Shown in pieces: positions 38,372-48,050 of a stretch of 64,000 nt of DNA. The notes under the pieces were generated by a model. The model was not told the DNA's origin, ran no database searches, and saw only the letters and a program-made list of their open reading frames with translations. Each line of letters opens with the position of its first letter. Position 1 is the stretch's first letter. The translations under genes were made by a program, and so were the position numbers. The DNA comes from Rickettsiales bacterium (lineage in GTDB: Bacteria; Pseudomonadota; Alphaproteobacteria; Rickettsiales; UBA1997), in the NCBI GenBank assembly GCA_017620845.1, contig JAGAUJ010000011.1:189-64188 (forward strand), in the 5' to 3' direction.

Positions 38372-39631
38372 TTGAATTTTTTAAAATCAAAAACTCCAAG
38401 AGAATTGATAGAATATGCAAAAGGAACAGTAGAAAACATAAATGATATGTATAAACAAGATATGATTTATGCCATCTTGAAACATTTTTCTGACAAAAAT
38501 CCAGAAAATACAATTATAGGTGAGGGAGTTTTAGAAATTCTACCTGAAAGTTATGGTTTTTTAAGATCTTCTAATTCCAACTATATTGCTGGTCCAGATG
38601 ATATATATGTTTCACCACTACAAATAAAAAGATTTGGTTTAAGAACTGGTGATAATATAAGAGGACAAATAAGAGCACCAAGAAAAGGTGAAAAATATTT
38701 TGCTCTTTTAAAATTGGATACGATTAATGGTTTAAGTATAGAAGAGTCAAGACATAGAATAAGATTTGACGATCTTACACCACTTTACCCACAAGAAAAA
38801 TTGCATATAGAAAATACAGAAGATTTTGTAAACAAAAAAGATGATAGTTCAAGAATATTGGATATAATTTCTCCAATTGGAAAAGGACAAAGGGCTTTAA
38901 TAGTTGCGCCACCTAAAACTGGTAAAACTACACTTTTACAAAATATAGCGCACTCAATAACTTCTGCGCATCCGGAAATTTATTTGATGGTATTATTGAT
39001 TGATGAAAGACCGGAAGAGGTTACTGATATGGCGCGATCTATAAAAGGTGAAGTTATAAGTTCTACATTTGACGAACCGGCGTTTAGGCATGTTCAGTTA
39101 GCAGAAATAGTTATTGAAAAAGCAAAAAGAATAGTAGAATCTGGAAAAGATGTTGTTATTTTGTTGGATTCAATAACAAGATTAGCAAGGGCTTATAATA
39201 ATGTTGTTCCATCATCTGGTAAAGTTTTGACTGGTGGTGTTGATGCAAACTCTTTACAAAAACCAAAAAGATTTTTCGGTGCTGCAAGAAATATTGAAAA
39301 TGGTGGTTCCTTAACTATAATAGCAACTGCGTTAGTTGAAACTGGTTCCAAAATGGATGAGGTTATATTTGAAGAGTTTAAAGGAACTGGAAATAGTGAA
39401 ATAGTTTTAGATAGAAAAGTGTCAGATAAAAGAATATTCCCTGCTATTGATGTAATAAAATCAGGAACAAGAAAAGAGGAGTTATTACTTGATAAGGCTA
39501 CATTAAATAAGACTTGGATGTTGAGAAAAATTTTATCTTCTATGGATACTGTTGGTGCGATAGAGTTTATAAAAGAAAAAATTGATGCTACAAAGACAAA
39601 TCAAGAATTTTTTGATAGTATGAATTCTTAA
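38372..39631 (+). CDS. rho: Transcription termination factor Rho
   Basis: 419 aa with a TTG start. [15 protein letters not shown] matches the canonical Rho N-terminus. It also has GFLRS, Walker [15 protein letters not shown] and an RNA-binding OB region. Confidence 0.95.
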   Translation: MNFLKSKTPRELIEYAKGTVENINDMYKQDMIYAILKHFSDKNPENTIIGEGVLEILPESYGFLRSSNSNYIAGPDDIYVSPLQIKRFGLRTGDNIRGQIRAPRKGEKYFALLKLDTINGLSIEESRHRIRFDDLTPLYPQEKLHIENTEDFVNKKDDSSRILDIISPIGKGQRALIVAPPKTGKTTLLQNIAHSITSAHPEIYLMVLLIDERPEEVTDMARSIKGEVISSTFDEPAFRHVQLAEIVIEKAKRIVESGKDVVILLDSITRLARAYNNVVPSSGKVLTGGVDANSLQKPKRFFGAARNIENGGSLTIIATALVETGSKMDEVIFEEFKGTGNSEIVLDRKVSDKRIFPAIDVIKSGTRKEELLLDKATLNKTWMLRKILSSMDTVGAIEFIKEKIDATKTNQEFFDSMNS

Positions 39632-39654
39632 AATTGATTGATAAAAAACATTAA

Positions 39655-39692
39655 TTGAATAAGCAGTATTTTATTGCTTATTCAATTTTTTT
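39655..39692 (+). terminator. Rho-independent terminator after rho
   Basis: The ttgaataagca / tgcttattcaa 11-bp stem is followed by a T7 run. Confidence 0.75.
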
Positions 39693-39828
39693 ATTGTGAT
39701 ATTATTTATAAAAGTTTATAAAAAATAGCAATATACTTTACAATAACAAGTATATTGCCTTAATATAATTTTTATTGAGTTTTAAATTATATCAATTATA
39801 CTTAATACAATAGTTTACAAAGTTAATT

Positions 39829-40953
39829 ATGTTTAAAAAAATACTTTCATTTACATTTATTTATTTATTTATTTTTCACATTTTCAACAATAATAGTTTT
39901 GCATCAAACGATAATAGTATTTATATGATAAAAAATATTCCAGTTGAAGCAAAATCAGACAATGCAACAAAAGCGAAAGATATTGCTTTAAAAGCAGGAC
40001 AAAGAAAAGCATTAAAAGCGCTTTTTCAAAAAGGTGGTATTGATCAAACATATACAAAATTTATAAACGATAGTTTAATTTCTGAAATGGTTGAAACGAT
40101 AAAAGTGCTTGATGAGGTAATGACTACAAAATCATATTCAAGTAATTTAACAATTTTATTTAATAGAGAATTTTTAAATTTTAACTTAAAGAAAATGTCA
40201 ATTGGTGTGAATAAAATAACAGATAATATATTTTTATATATACCGCTATTTGAGGATGAACAAGGAAATATAAATATTATAGATAGTAAAAATATTTGGT
40301 ATGAAACTGCTTATAACGAATATTTTGAGAATTCAAATAAATATTCAAATATTGTAATAATAGATAATTATAATTTATCAAATGCAGGATTACTTCCAAG
40401 CACAAAAGATATTAAAAGTTTGAACTATGATTCATTTCAAACTGTTTTAAATAAATATAATTCAAATACTGTTGTTTTATCAATAGCTAAATATATAAAG
40501 CAAGATGATCTTGTTGAGATAAGATTTAAAGAAATAGATGCTGAAAAGATTGATGAAAGAATATTAAATTTTTCTAATAAAAATAAATTGTCACCAGATG
40601 AATTAATGAAAGAGGCTTCTGTTAAAACTTTGGAATTTTTAAATAACGAATCACAAACCCGTATTTTAGAAGCAAGGAAAAATGAAAAAGAATTGGCAAA
40701 AATAAAGAAAAATAATTATATAGATGTTTTTTATGTTATACCAAACATTAAAGAATATATTTATATAAAAAAACTAATTAATAATCTTGACTTTATTACA
40801 AAATATGAAACTTTACAATTAACAACAAAAATGGCAAATATAAGATTATATTATAAGGGTGATGAAAGTGAAATTATTCCATTATTTAGTAATAAGGGTT
40901 TTGTAATTAGTAGTAAATATGGTAAATTTTTTATAGATTATAAGGGATTATAA
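39829..40953 (+). CDS. Secreted conserved hypothetical protein
   Basis: 374 aa with a signal peptide (..NNNSFA/SND). The N-terminal IPVEAKSDNATKAKDIALKAGQRKALKALF is reminiscent, from memory only, of DUF2066-type proteins found next to AI-2E permease genes. Confidence 0.45.
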   Translation: MFKKILSFTFIYLFIFHIFNNNSFASNDNSIYMIKNIPVEAKSDNATKAKDIALKAGQRKALKALFQKGGIDQTYTKFINDSLISEMVETIKVLDEVMTTKSYSSNLTILFNREFLNFNLKKMSIGVNKITDNIFLYIPLFEDEQGNINIIDSKNIWYETAYNEYFENSNKYSNIVIIDNYNLSNAGLLPSTKDIKSLNYDSFQTVLNKYNSNTVVLSIAKYIKQDDLVEIRFKEIDAEKIDERILNFSNKNKLSPDELMKEASVKTLEFLNNESQTRILEARKNEKELAKIKKNNYIDVFYVIPNIKEYIYIKKLINNLDFITKYETLQLTTKMANIRLYYKGDESEIIPLFSNKGFVISSKYGKFFIDYKGL

Positions 40954-42032
40954 TGATGTATATTAATATAATAAAAAAATATTTGTTATCAATAGTAATT
41001 TTAATTTGTTCACTTATATTTTTATGTAAAGTAAAGGGTATTTTGTTGCCATTTATTCTTGGTATACTAATAGCATATTGTTTTAAAGATGTTGTAAAAA
41101 AATATGAAAGTAAAATGCCAAGAGGTGCATTATCTTTATTAATTGTATGTATTTTTAGCGTTATTGTGGTATTAATTGCAATATTTATTTTTCCTATGAT
41201 TTTTACTCAATTAACAGATTTAATAAAAACTGTGCTGAGTCGTGTAGAAAATCTTGATTTGAATAGTTTTTATATAAAATTTAGGGAAGTAATGACTTTA
41301 TTGAGGATTGATGATACTGCTGAATTGAGGCAATATTTTACATCTGCAAGTAGTATATTGTTGAAAACAGTTGCAAATGTAACAAATACTTTTATATCTT
41401 CATCGGTTCAAGTTGTTAATATTATGTTTATGATTTTTATTAGTCCAATAATTGCTTTTTATTTATTAAGAGATTGGGAAAGAATTTCTAAATTTATTTC
41501 AGTTGAATTTATACCAGGTGAGTTCCAGAGACATTTTGCTATAATAATTAGGAGGATAGATGATGTTTTACATCACTATATAGTTGGACAAATTATAGTT
41601 TGTTTAATTTTGGGAACTTTTTATTCTGTGTTGTTGTTTTGTATAGGTTTTAAATATTCATTTGTGGTTGGTTTGGTTGCTGGATTTTTGACGCTTCTAC
41701 CATATTTTGGTGCATTTTGTGGTGGGGGTGTTGCACTTGTTTTGGGTTATTTGCAGTTTGGTTTATCATTTAGCAAATTGTTTGCTATTTTATTTATATT
41801 CTGTTTAGGACAATTTTTAGAGGGAAATTTTGTAACACCGAATCTAATAGGAAATAAGATAAAAGTGCACCCACTATGGTTAATATTTGGTATTTTATCT
41901 GGTGGTTCTTTGTATGGTTTTTGGGGTGTAGTTATATCAATGCCACTTGTGGCTATAATGGGTGTATTGGTTAGATTTTATTTTGAAGAGAGAAATAGAA
42001 GAAAGAGGAAATATGGCATTAAACATAGATAA
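40953..42032 (+). CDS. AI-2E family transporter (PerM-like permease)
   Basis: 359 aa with 7-8 TM segments and typical ...LLPYFGA... and NFVTPNLIGNKIKVHPL motifs. The ATG overlaps the upstream stop. Confidence 0.8.
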   Translation: MMYINIIKKYLLSIVILICSLIFLCKVKGILLPFILGILIAYCFKDVVKKYESKMPRGALSLLIVCIFSVIVVLIAIFIFPMIFTQLTDLIKTVLSRVENLDLNSFYIKFREVMTLLRIDDTAELRQYFTSASSILLKTVANVTNTFISSSVQVVNIMFMIFISPIIAFYLLRDWERISKFISVEFIPGEFQRHFAIIIRRIDDVLHHYIVGQIIVCLILGTFYSVLLFCIGFKYSFVVGLVAGFLTLLPYFGAFCGGGVALVLGYLQFGLSFSKLFAILFIFCLGQFLEGNFVTPNLIGNKIKVHPLWLIFGILSGGSLYGFWGVVISMPLVAIMGVLVRFYFEERNRRKRKYGIKHR

Positions 42033-42480
42033 AAAAAGATCAATAGGGCAGGCATCAAAAGAAATTGGAGTTCAAGAGTATGTTATAAGATATTGGGAAA
42101 CACAATTTGGTGATTATATAAAGCCAACAATAGGTTCTGGTAATAGAAGATATTTTTTTGATAAGGATATAAAAATATTAAAATTTATAAAGATACATTT
42201 GCATGATAGGGGTTATACAATTAAAGGTCTTCAAAATTTACTTAAAAGTGAAAATATTGATTTGAGTTATAATGGTGAAAATGACTTAAATAATGTAGAT
42301 ATTGGATTGCAAAATAATGTTTGTAATAATGATAAAAGTGATAAAAATATTGTAAATAATAAGTCTGTTGAGTTAAATATTGCTGGTGATATAACTTCAA
42401 TTGATTTGAATTTAAGGAAAGATATGAAGGTTTTTAGGGGAAAATTAAATAGTTTTTATGAGAAGTTAAAAAGTATTTGA
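42013..42480 (+). CDS. MerR-family transcriptional regulator (conserved alphaproteobacterial type)
   Basis: The ATG at 42013 is preceded by AGAGGA. The HTH is IGQASKEIGVQEYVIRYWETQF...GNRRYF.DKDIKILKFIKIHLHDRGYTIKGLQNLL. Confidence 0.8.
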   Translation: MALNIDKKRSIGQASKEIGVQEYVIRYWETQFGDYIKPTIGSGNRRYFFDKDIKILKFIKIHLHDRGYTIKGLQNLLKSENIDLSYNGENDLNNVDIGLQNNVCNNDKSDKNIVNNKSVELNIAGDITSIDLNLRKDMKVFRGKLNSFYEKLKSI

Positions 42481-42505
42481 CAAATATTAAAAAGTAGTGT
42501 ATAAT
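42477..42505 (+). promoter_or_regulatory. Perfect-consensus sigma70 promoter
   Basis: TTGACA (42477-42482), a 17-nt spacer, then TATAAT (42500-42505). It overlaps the MerR-gene stop codon. Confidence 0.65.
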
Positions 42506-42537
42506 AATATTAACAATATGAAATATAATTGATAAAA

Positions 42538-42957
42538 ATGACAGGAATTTTTGAGGTTGAAGAAGGAAGAAATAATAATATAAAACATGTAGATGTATTA
42601 CAAAAGGTAAGTAGGGCTGATGGTGATAGGCCAGAAGAAGGAAGTATGGTTGCTAAAAATACAAAAGGTATTAATGTAATTTTGGATTATTTAACAGATT
42701 TGACATTGCATGTTGAAGCGACAAAAAAAGTATTTGACAGTATGGTTTTATATGATGGCGAGCAAAAAATAGAACAAGAAAGGCAAAAATTAGAAGAAAT
42801 AAAACAAAAGCAACAGAAACAAGAAAGTAGAGAAGAAACAAATGAAGTGCAAACTCCTGAAAAAGTTAATAAAAATACAGAACAAGTTAATGTAACATTT
42901 GTTAAAAAGATTGATAGTTCAAATAAAAAAAATTCAACTCAATCTTTTTCAAGATAA
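42538..42957 (+). CDS. Hypothetical K/E/Q-rich protein (orphan)
   Basis: 139 aa from the ATG at 42538; the ORF is open from a TTG at 42529. I recognise no family motif. The C-terminal half is probably a charged coiled coil. Confidence 0.4.
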   Translation: MTGIFEVEEGRNNNIKHVDVLQKVSRADGDRPEEGSMVAKNTKGINVILDYLTDLTLHVEATKKVFDSMVLYDGEQKIEQERQKLEEIKQKQQKQESREETNEVQTPEKVNKNTEQVNVTFVKKIDSSNKKNSTQSFSR

Positions 42958-42972
42958 TTGAAGATAATTAAA

Positions 42973-44043
42973 ATGCAAAACATACTTAATTACACATTGG
43001 AAGATTTAGAAAATATATTACAAACGGAATTTAATACAAAAAGTTTTGTAGCAAAACAATTATGGAACTGGATTTATTCCAGGGGTATTAAAGATTTTAA
43101 TGATATGTCAAACATATCTAAAAAATTAAAAGAAGATTTAAAAACAAAATATACAATTTCAAGACCAAATATTTTAAAATCATTAGATTCAGTAGATGGA
43201 ACAAAAAAGTGGTTATTAGAATTAGATGATAAAGAAAAAATAGAACTAGTATATATTCCGTCGCAAGATAGGGGAACTTTATGTATATCTTCACAAGTTG
43301 GGTGTGCTATGGGTTGTAGGTTTTGTAATACTGGATCGCAAGGATTTACAAGAAATCTTGAAGTCTATGAAATAGTCCAAGAAGTTATGGTTGCAAGAGA
43401 TTTGTTAAATGAATGGGATAATATAAATAAAGGTATTGGAGAAGGTAGAAAAATTACAAATATTGTTATAATGGGAATGGGTGAACCGCTTGTAAATTAT
43501 GATAATATTGTAAAAGCAATGAAGATTGTAAATGATGCAAATGGAATAGCTTTTTCAAATAGAAGAATTACATTATCAACCTGCGGACTTGTGCCAAAAA
43601 TATATGATTTAGCAAATGATATAAAATTAAATCTCGCAATATCTCTACACGCAACAACTGATGAAATAAGAAAAAAAATAATGCCAATTGCTGAAAAATA
43701 TTCGATTGAAGAAATTATGAAGGCTTGCGGTTATTATGCAAAGAATACAAATTATAGAAGAATTACTTTTGAATATATAATGATAAAAGGTTTAAATGAT
43801 AGTATTGATGATGCTAAAAGGTTGATAAAATTGGTTAAAAAATATAATATTCCTGCAAAATTTAATTTAATACCATTTAATTATTGGGATGGCTGTGTTT
43901 TTAAAGAGCCTACTGATAAAAATGATATTTTGAATTTTGCAAAAGTTATAACTGATGCAAGATATCCTTGTCCTGTGCGATTTTCAAGGGGTGATGATAT
44001 AATGGCGGCTTGTGGTCAGTTGAAAAGTAACAATAAAATTTAG
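42973..44043 (+). CDS. rlmN: 23S rRNA/tRNA (adenine-C2)-methyltransferase RlmN (radical SAM)
   Basis: It has the CAMGCRFCNTG radical-SAM cluster motif and GMGEPL, with the C-terminal catalytic Cys context AACGQL. The ATG at 42973 is preferred over the TTG at 42958. Confidence 0.9.
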   Translation: MQNILNYTLEDLENILQTEFNTKSFVAKQLWNWIYSRGIKDFNDMSNISKKLKEDLKTKYTISRPNILKSLDSVDGTKKWLLELDDKEKIELVYIPSQDRGTLCISSQVGCAMGCRFCNTGSQGFTRNLEVYEIVQEVMVARDLLNEWDNINKGIGEGRKITNIVIMGMGEPLVNYDNIVKAMKIVNDANGIAFSNRRITLSTCGLVPKIYDLANDIKLNLAISLHATTDEIRKKIMPIAEKYSIEEIMKACGYYAKNTNYRRITFEYIMIKGLNDSIDDAKRLIKLVKKYNIPAKFNLIPFNYWDGCVFKEPTDKNDILNFAKVITDARYPCPVRFSRGDDIMAACGQLKSNNKI

Positions 44044-44127
44044 TAGTATTTATAAAATAAAGTTATCTTATTTACTTTAATATTATTATAATTATTATTT
44101 CATTAGTTAGTAATTTGTATTAAAGTA

Positions 44128-45033
44128 ATGTTTACAGAAGATTTTTTACAAGTATCAAATTTACACAAAATATATTATGCAACTGCTGGAAATAGAAGTG
44201 GCATACCATTATTAAAAATACACGGAGGACCGGGCAGTTGCTGTAAAATTGATTTTTTTAATGAAATAGATTTGAATAAATTTTTTGTAATAATTTATGA
44301 TCAAAGAGGTTGTGGAAAATCGTTACCTGCTGGTGAATTGAAGGAAAACAATACACAAGAATTAATTGAAGATATTAATAGACTTTTGCAACATTTACAA
44401 GTAGAAAAAGTTGTTATAAATGGTGCCTCTTGGGGTGCTTGTTTGGCATTACTTTTTGCAGAAAAATATCCAGAAAAGGTTATAAAGTTGTTTTTAAATT
44501 CTGTATTTTTGGCAAATAGAGATAATAATGTTTGGTTTTATGAATATTCTAAAAATATTTTTCCAGATGTATATAAAAAATATATGTCTTTTATTTTAAG
44601 TGATATTGAAAATAAAAGTAAATATATGTTTGAGCAAATAAGTTCTAATAATTTTGAATTACAACAAAAAATTGCATATAGTCTTACTAATTATGAATTG
44701 AATTTAATGTCTGGAAATTTTAATGTGAAAGAATTTGTTAAAATAGAGGATGTTGATGAAAATGTTGTAAATAGTAGTAAAATATTTTTATATTATGAAT
44801 CAAATAATTATTTTATTGAGGATGAATATATATTAAAATATGTTGACAATCTGAAAAATATACCAATAGTGGTGTATCATGGTCGGTTGGATATGGATTG
44901 CCCTTTGAGTAATGTGTATAAATTGAAGGAACTGTTGCCGGAAATTAGATTTAATGTGATACCTTATGAAAATCATTGCGGTCCATTGCAGAAGCAGTTG
45001 GTGTATGACGATATAAATAATTTGATTTTATGA
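44128..45033 (+). CDS. pip: Proline iminopeptidase (alpha/beta hydrolase)
   Basis: 301 aa with HGGPGS, DQRGCGKS and the nucleophile elbow GASWG. Confidence 0.85.
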   Translation: MFTEDFLQVSNLHKIYYATAGNRSGIPLLKIHGGPGSCCKIDFFNEIDLNKFFVIIYDQRGCGKSLPAGELKENNTQELIEDINRLLQHLQVEKVVINGASWGACLALLFAEKYPEKVIKLFLNSVFLANRDNNVWFYEYSKNIFPDVYKKYMSFILSDIENKSKYMFEQISSNNFELQQKIAYSLTNYELNLMSGNFNVKEFVKIEDVDENVVNSSKIFLYYESNNYFIEDEYILKYVDNLKNIPIVVYHGRLDMDCPLSNVYKLKELLPEIRFNVIPYENHCGPLQKQLVYDDINNLIL

Positions 45034-45102
45034 TATTTGTTTTTGTGAATATATTGTTTATGATGATAATTTTTTAGTAAATGTTAGTGTTAAAAAATAA
45101 TA

Positions 45103-45133
45103 AAATCTACCAATTTAATTCATTGGTAGATTT
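45103..45133. terminator. Bidirectional terminator hairpin
   Basis: The aaatctaccaat / attggtagattt 12-bp perfect stem has a 7-nt loop and T-rich tracts on both strands. It lies between convergent genes. Confidence 0.7.
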
Positions 45134-45164
45134 ATAATTTATTTAAATAATATTAAAAAAATAT

Positions 45165-45711
45165 TTAAATTCCATGTTGTGCTGTTTGTTGAGTTTGAGT
45201 ATCAAAATCTTTTGTAGCATCTATAAGTGATCCATAAAGACCAGATATATTATTATTAGTGAATTGGAATGGAAATTGTGGTCTCATTAAACGTATAACT
45301 CTATTATTGTTGTCATTATATGTTCCTGAATTTATTGTTTCTCCAAAACCAACCCCTGCCTTACCACCAACCCTTGCATCACCAAAAACCATTACATCAC
45401 CACCAACCAACGTCTCACCACCAACCCATGCATTAAAAAACCCGTGCCTTATCATAAACCATTGCTTTATCAGCAACCCATGCACCCTCTCTTGCATCTA
45501 AATTTTCTGCTTTTTCTACCCAACCACCTCGTTCAAATACTCCTGTTGCTGGGTTATTTCTATAAATTCTTTTTAATGTATATTCTAGGTTATTATTATC
45601 TATTATTGTTTGTGTTTCATTAGGATTTATAAAATACCCTCTACCAGTATCAATTAAATTTTCAATTGAAATATTTGTATTATATGTAATTATTATTTTA
45701 ATTAATAATAA
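45165..45711 (-). pseudogene. Decayed gene for a hexapeptide-like (xAxVxG) repeat protein of the GGW(I/V)E..NL..AWV..A.V family
   Basis: Two overlapping frames together encode ...RGGWVEKAENLDAREGAWVADKAMVYDKARVF / NAWVGGETLVGGDVMVFGDARVGGKAGVG... The frame breaks at gggttttttaatg (~45431-45443). The upstream frame has no ATG/GTG/TTG start. Confidence 0.6.
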
Positions 45712-45719
45712 TTACATAT
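45682..45719. repeat. Perfect 16-bp inverted repeat (AT-only) with a 6-nt loop
   Basis: atatgtaattattatt (45682-45697), ttaatt, then aataataattacatat (45704-45719). Confidence 0.8.
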
Positions 45720-45840
45720 TACATTATATCATATTATAAACTTTATATCAATAAAAAAATACTAAAAATAATAATAAGTTAAATATTAAGTATAAATATA
45801 CAATTATAACAAACAAAAAACAACAAATATATCTTTTACA

Positions 45841-45867
45841 AAAATAAAACCCCGCCCAAAGGCGAGG
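45841..45867 (-). terminator. Rho-independent terminator of the rpsL-rpsG-fusA operon
   Basis: The minus strand reads CCTCGCC-TTTG-GGCGGGG followed by TTTTATTTT, about 40 nt after the fusA stop. Confidence 0.8.
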
Positions 45868-45904
45868 TTAAGATATTATGAAATAATAATATAAATCTAT
45901 ATTA

Positions 45905-47989
45905 TTAATTACTACTTCTTTTTGCTTTTATTTCATCAGCTATTGCATTTGGCACTTGCTCATATTTTTCAAAAATCATAGTAAATTGTGCTCTACCTTG
46001 AGACATAGATCTCAAAGTATTAACATAACCAAACATTGATGCCAAAGGAACCAAAGCATTTATAACCTTTGTTCCATCTCTATCATCGAGATTTCTAATT
46101 TGTCCCCTTCTTGAATTGATATCGCCTATGATATCACCCATATAGTCTTCTGGTGTTACAACTTCAACAGCCATTATAGGTTCCAACAATACTGGACTTG
46201 CTTTTGCCATTGCTTCTTTGAAGCACGCTCTTGCAGCAATTTCAAACGCTAATACAGAAGAGTCTACATCGTGATAAGCACCATCAAACAACACTGCTTT
46301 AAAGTCAACAACTGGATAAGCAGCGATTACACCAGTATTTCTTGCAATTTCGAAACCTTTTTCAACACCTGGTATATATTCTTTTGGCACTCTACCACCA
46401 ACAATTTCACTTTCAAATTTAAAGTCTGACTTATCTTCTTCTGTTTTTGGTTTAGGTTCAAATCTAACATTAATTTTAGCGAATTGTCCTGAACCACCAG
46501 ATTGTTTTTTGTGTAAATATTCATGTTCAATTGTTTTTGTTATAGTTTCTCTATAAGCAACTTGTGGTTGACCAATATTTGCATCTACTTTAAATTCTCT
46601 CTTCATTCTATCAACAATAATTTCAAGGTGTAATTCACCCATACCTTTTAATATTGTTTGTCCACTTTCTTGGTCAGTTTCAACTCTTAATGAAGGATCT
46701 TCTGCTAATAATCTTGATAAAGCGATACCCATTTTTTCTTGATCTGCTTGCGTTTTTGGTTCAACTGAAACTTCAATAACTGGTTCCGGGAAGTCCATTT
46801 TTTCCAAAATAATTCCACTATCTTTATCAGTTAAAGTTTCACCAGTTGTTGTATATTTTAAACCAGCAACTGCAATAATATCACCAGCGTATGCTTCTTT
46901 TATGTCTTCTCTATTATTAGAGTGCATTAACAACATTCTACCGATTCTTTCAGTTTTATTTTTTACAGTGTTTTCAACACTTGTTCCTGCTGTTAATGTT
47001 CCAGAATAAATTCTTACAAAAGTAATAGAACCAACAAATGGATCATTTGCAACTTTAAATGCTAAACCAGCAAATTCTTTATTATCATATTTTAAGAATA
47101 ACTCTTCACCTTTTTTAGTTCCATGAACACCACCAATATCTACTGGACTTGGTAAGTAGTCAACAACAGCATCTAACAATGGTTGAACGCCCTTATTTTT
47201 AAACGCAGTTCCATTTAAAACTGGAACAAAACTAAATGATACTGTTCCTTTTCTTATACAAGATTTTAAATCTTCAATAGAAATTTCTTCTCCATTGAAG
47301 TATTTTTCCATTAATTTATCATCTTGTTCTACAGCAGTTTCAACTAATTTTTGTCTGTATTCTTCTGCTATTTCAACCATGTCTGCTGGAATGTCTTTTT
47401 CAACATATGGTGCACCTTGTGATTCATCTTCCCAACACAACCATTTCATTTTCAAAAGGTCAATCATACCAGCATAAGTTTCACCAGCACCTACTGGTAA
47501 TTGTAATACTAATGGAGTAGATTTTAATCTATTTTGAATCATATCAACAGTTCTTAAGAAATTAGCGCCTGTTCTATCCATTTTATTACAGAAGCAAATT
47601 CTTGGAACTTTGTATTTGTTTGCTAATCTCCAGTTTGTTTCAGATTGTGGTTCTACACCAGCAACACTATCGAAAACTGCAACTGCACCATCCAAAACTT
47701 TTAATGATCTTTCAACTTCAATTGTAAAGTCAACGTGTCCCGGTGTATCGATAATATTAATTCTGTGTTTTTTCCAAAAGCAAGTTGTTGCAGCAGATGT
47801 AATTGTAATACCTCTTTCTTGTTCTTGAACCATCCAGTCCATTGTTGCTGCACCATCGTGTGTTTCACCGATTTTATGTGTTTTTCCTGTATAGAATAAA
47901 ATTCTTTCTGTTGTTGTAGTTTTTCCGGCATCAATGTGTGCCATAATTCCAATATTTCTATATCTTTCTATAGGATACTCTCTCGCCAT
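45905..47989 (-). CDS. fusA: Elongation factor G
   Basis: 694 aa with [19 protein letters not shown] and [16 protein letters not shown]. It is full-length and collinear with EF-G. Confidence 0.97.
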   Translation of the reverse strand: MAREYPIERYRNIGIMAHIDAGKTTTTERILFYTGKTHKIGETHDGAATMDWMVQEQERGITITSAATTCFWKKHRINIIDTPGHVDFTIEVERSLKVLDGAVAVFDSVAGVEPQSETNWRLANKYKVPRICFCNKMDRTGANFLRTVDMIQNRLKSTPLVLQLPVGAGETYAGMIDLLKMKWLCWEDESQGAPYVEKDIPADMVEIAEEYRQKLVETAVEQDDKLMEKYFNGEEISIEDLKSCIRKGTVSFSFVPVLNGTAFKNKGVQPLLDAVVDYLPSPVDIGGVHGTKKGEELFLKYDNKEFAGLAFKVANDPFVGSITFVRIYSGTLTAGTSVENTVKNKTERIGRMLLMHSNNREDIKEAYAGDIIAVAGLKYTTTGETLTDKDSGIILEKMDFPEPVIEVSVEPKTQADQEKMGIALSRLLAEDPSLRVETDQESGQTILKGMGELHLEIIVDRMKREFKVDANIGQPQVAYRETITKTIEHEYLHKKQSGGSGQFAKINVRFEPKPKTEEDKSDFKFESEIVGGRVPKEYIPGVEKGFEIARNTGVIAAYPVVDFKAVLFDGAYHDVDSSVLAFEIAARACFKEAMAKASPVLLEPIMAVEVVTPEDYMGDIIGDINSRRGQIRNLDDRDGTKVINALVPLASMFGYVNTLRSMSQGRAQFTMIFEKYEQVPNAIADEIKAKRSSN

Positions 47990-48014
47990 ATATATTTACA
48001 TTTAAATTGATAAA

Positions 48015-48043
48015 AAACAGAATATATTTTCTATATTCTGTTT
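48015..48043 (-). terminator. Terminator-like hairpin in the rpsG-fusA intercistronic spacer (possible attenuator)
   Basis: A 12-bp perfect stem aaacagaatata / tatattctgttt with a 5-nt loop. On the minus (transcribed) strand it runs into TTTTTTA. Confidence 0.45.
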
Positions 48044-48050
48044 AAAAAAA

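Noticed and set aside
45259-45501. A proline-rich 80-aa ORF on the plus strand (..PKPTPALPPTLASPKTITSPPTNVSPPTH..).
   Set aside because: It is the reverse-complement reading of the (xAxVxG)n repeat pseudogene. GGT/GGN codons read as ACC/CCA on the other strand, so it is an artefact of the repeat.
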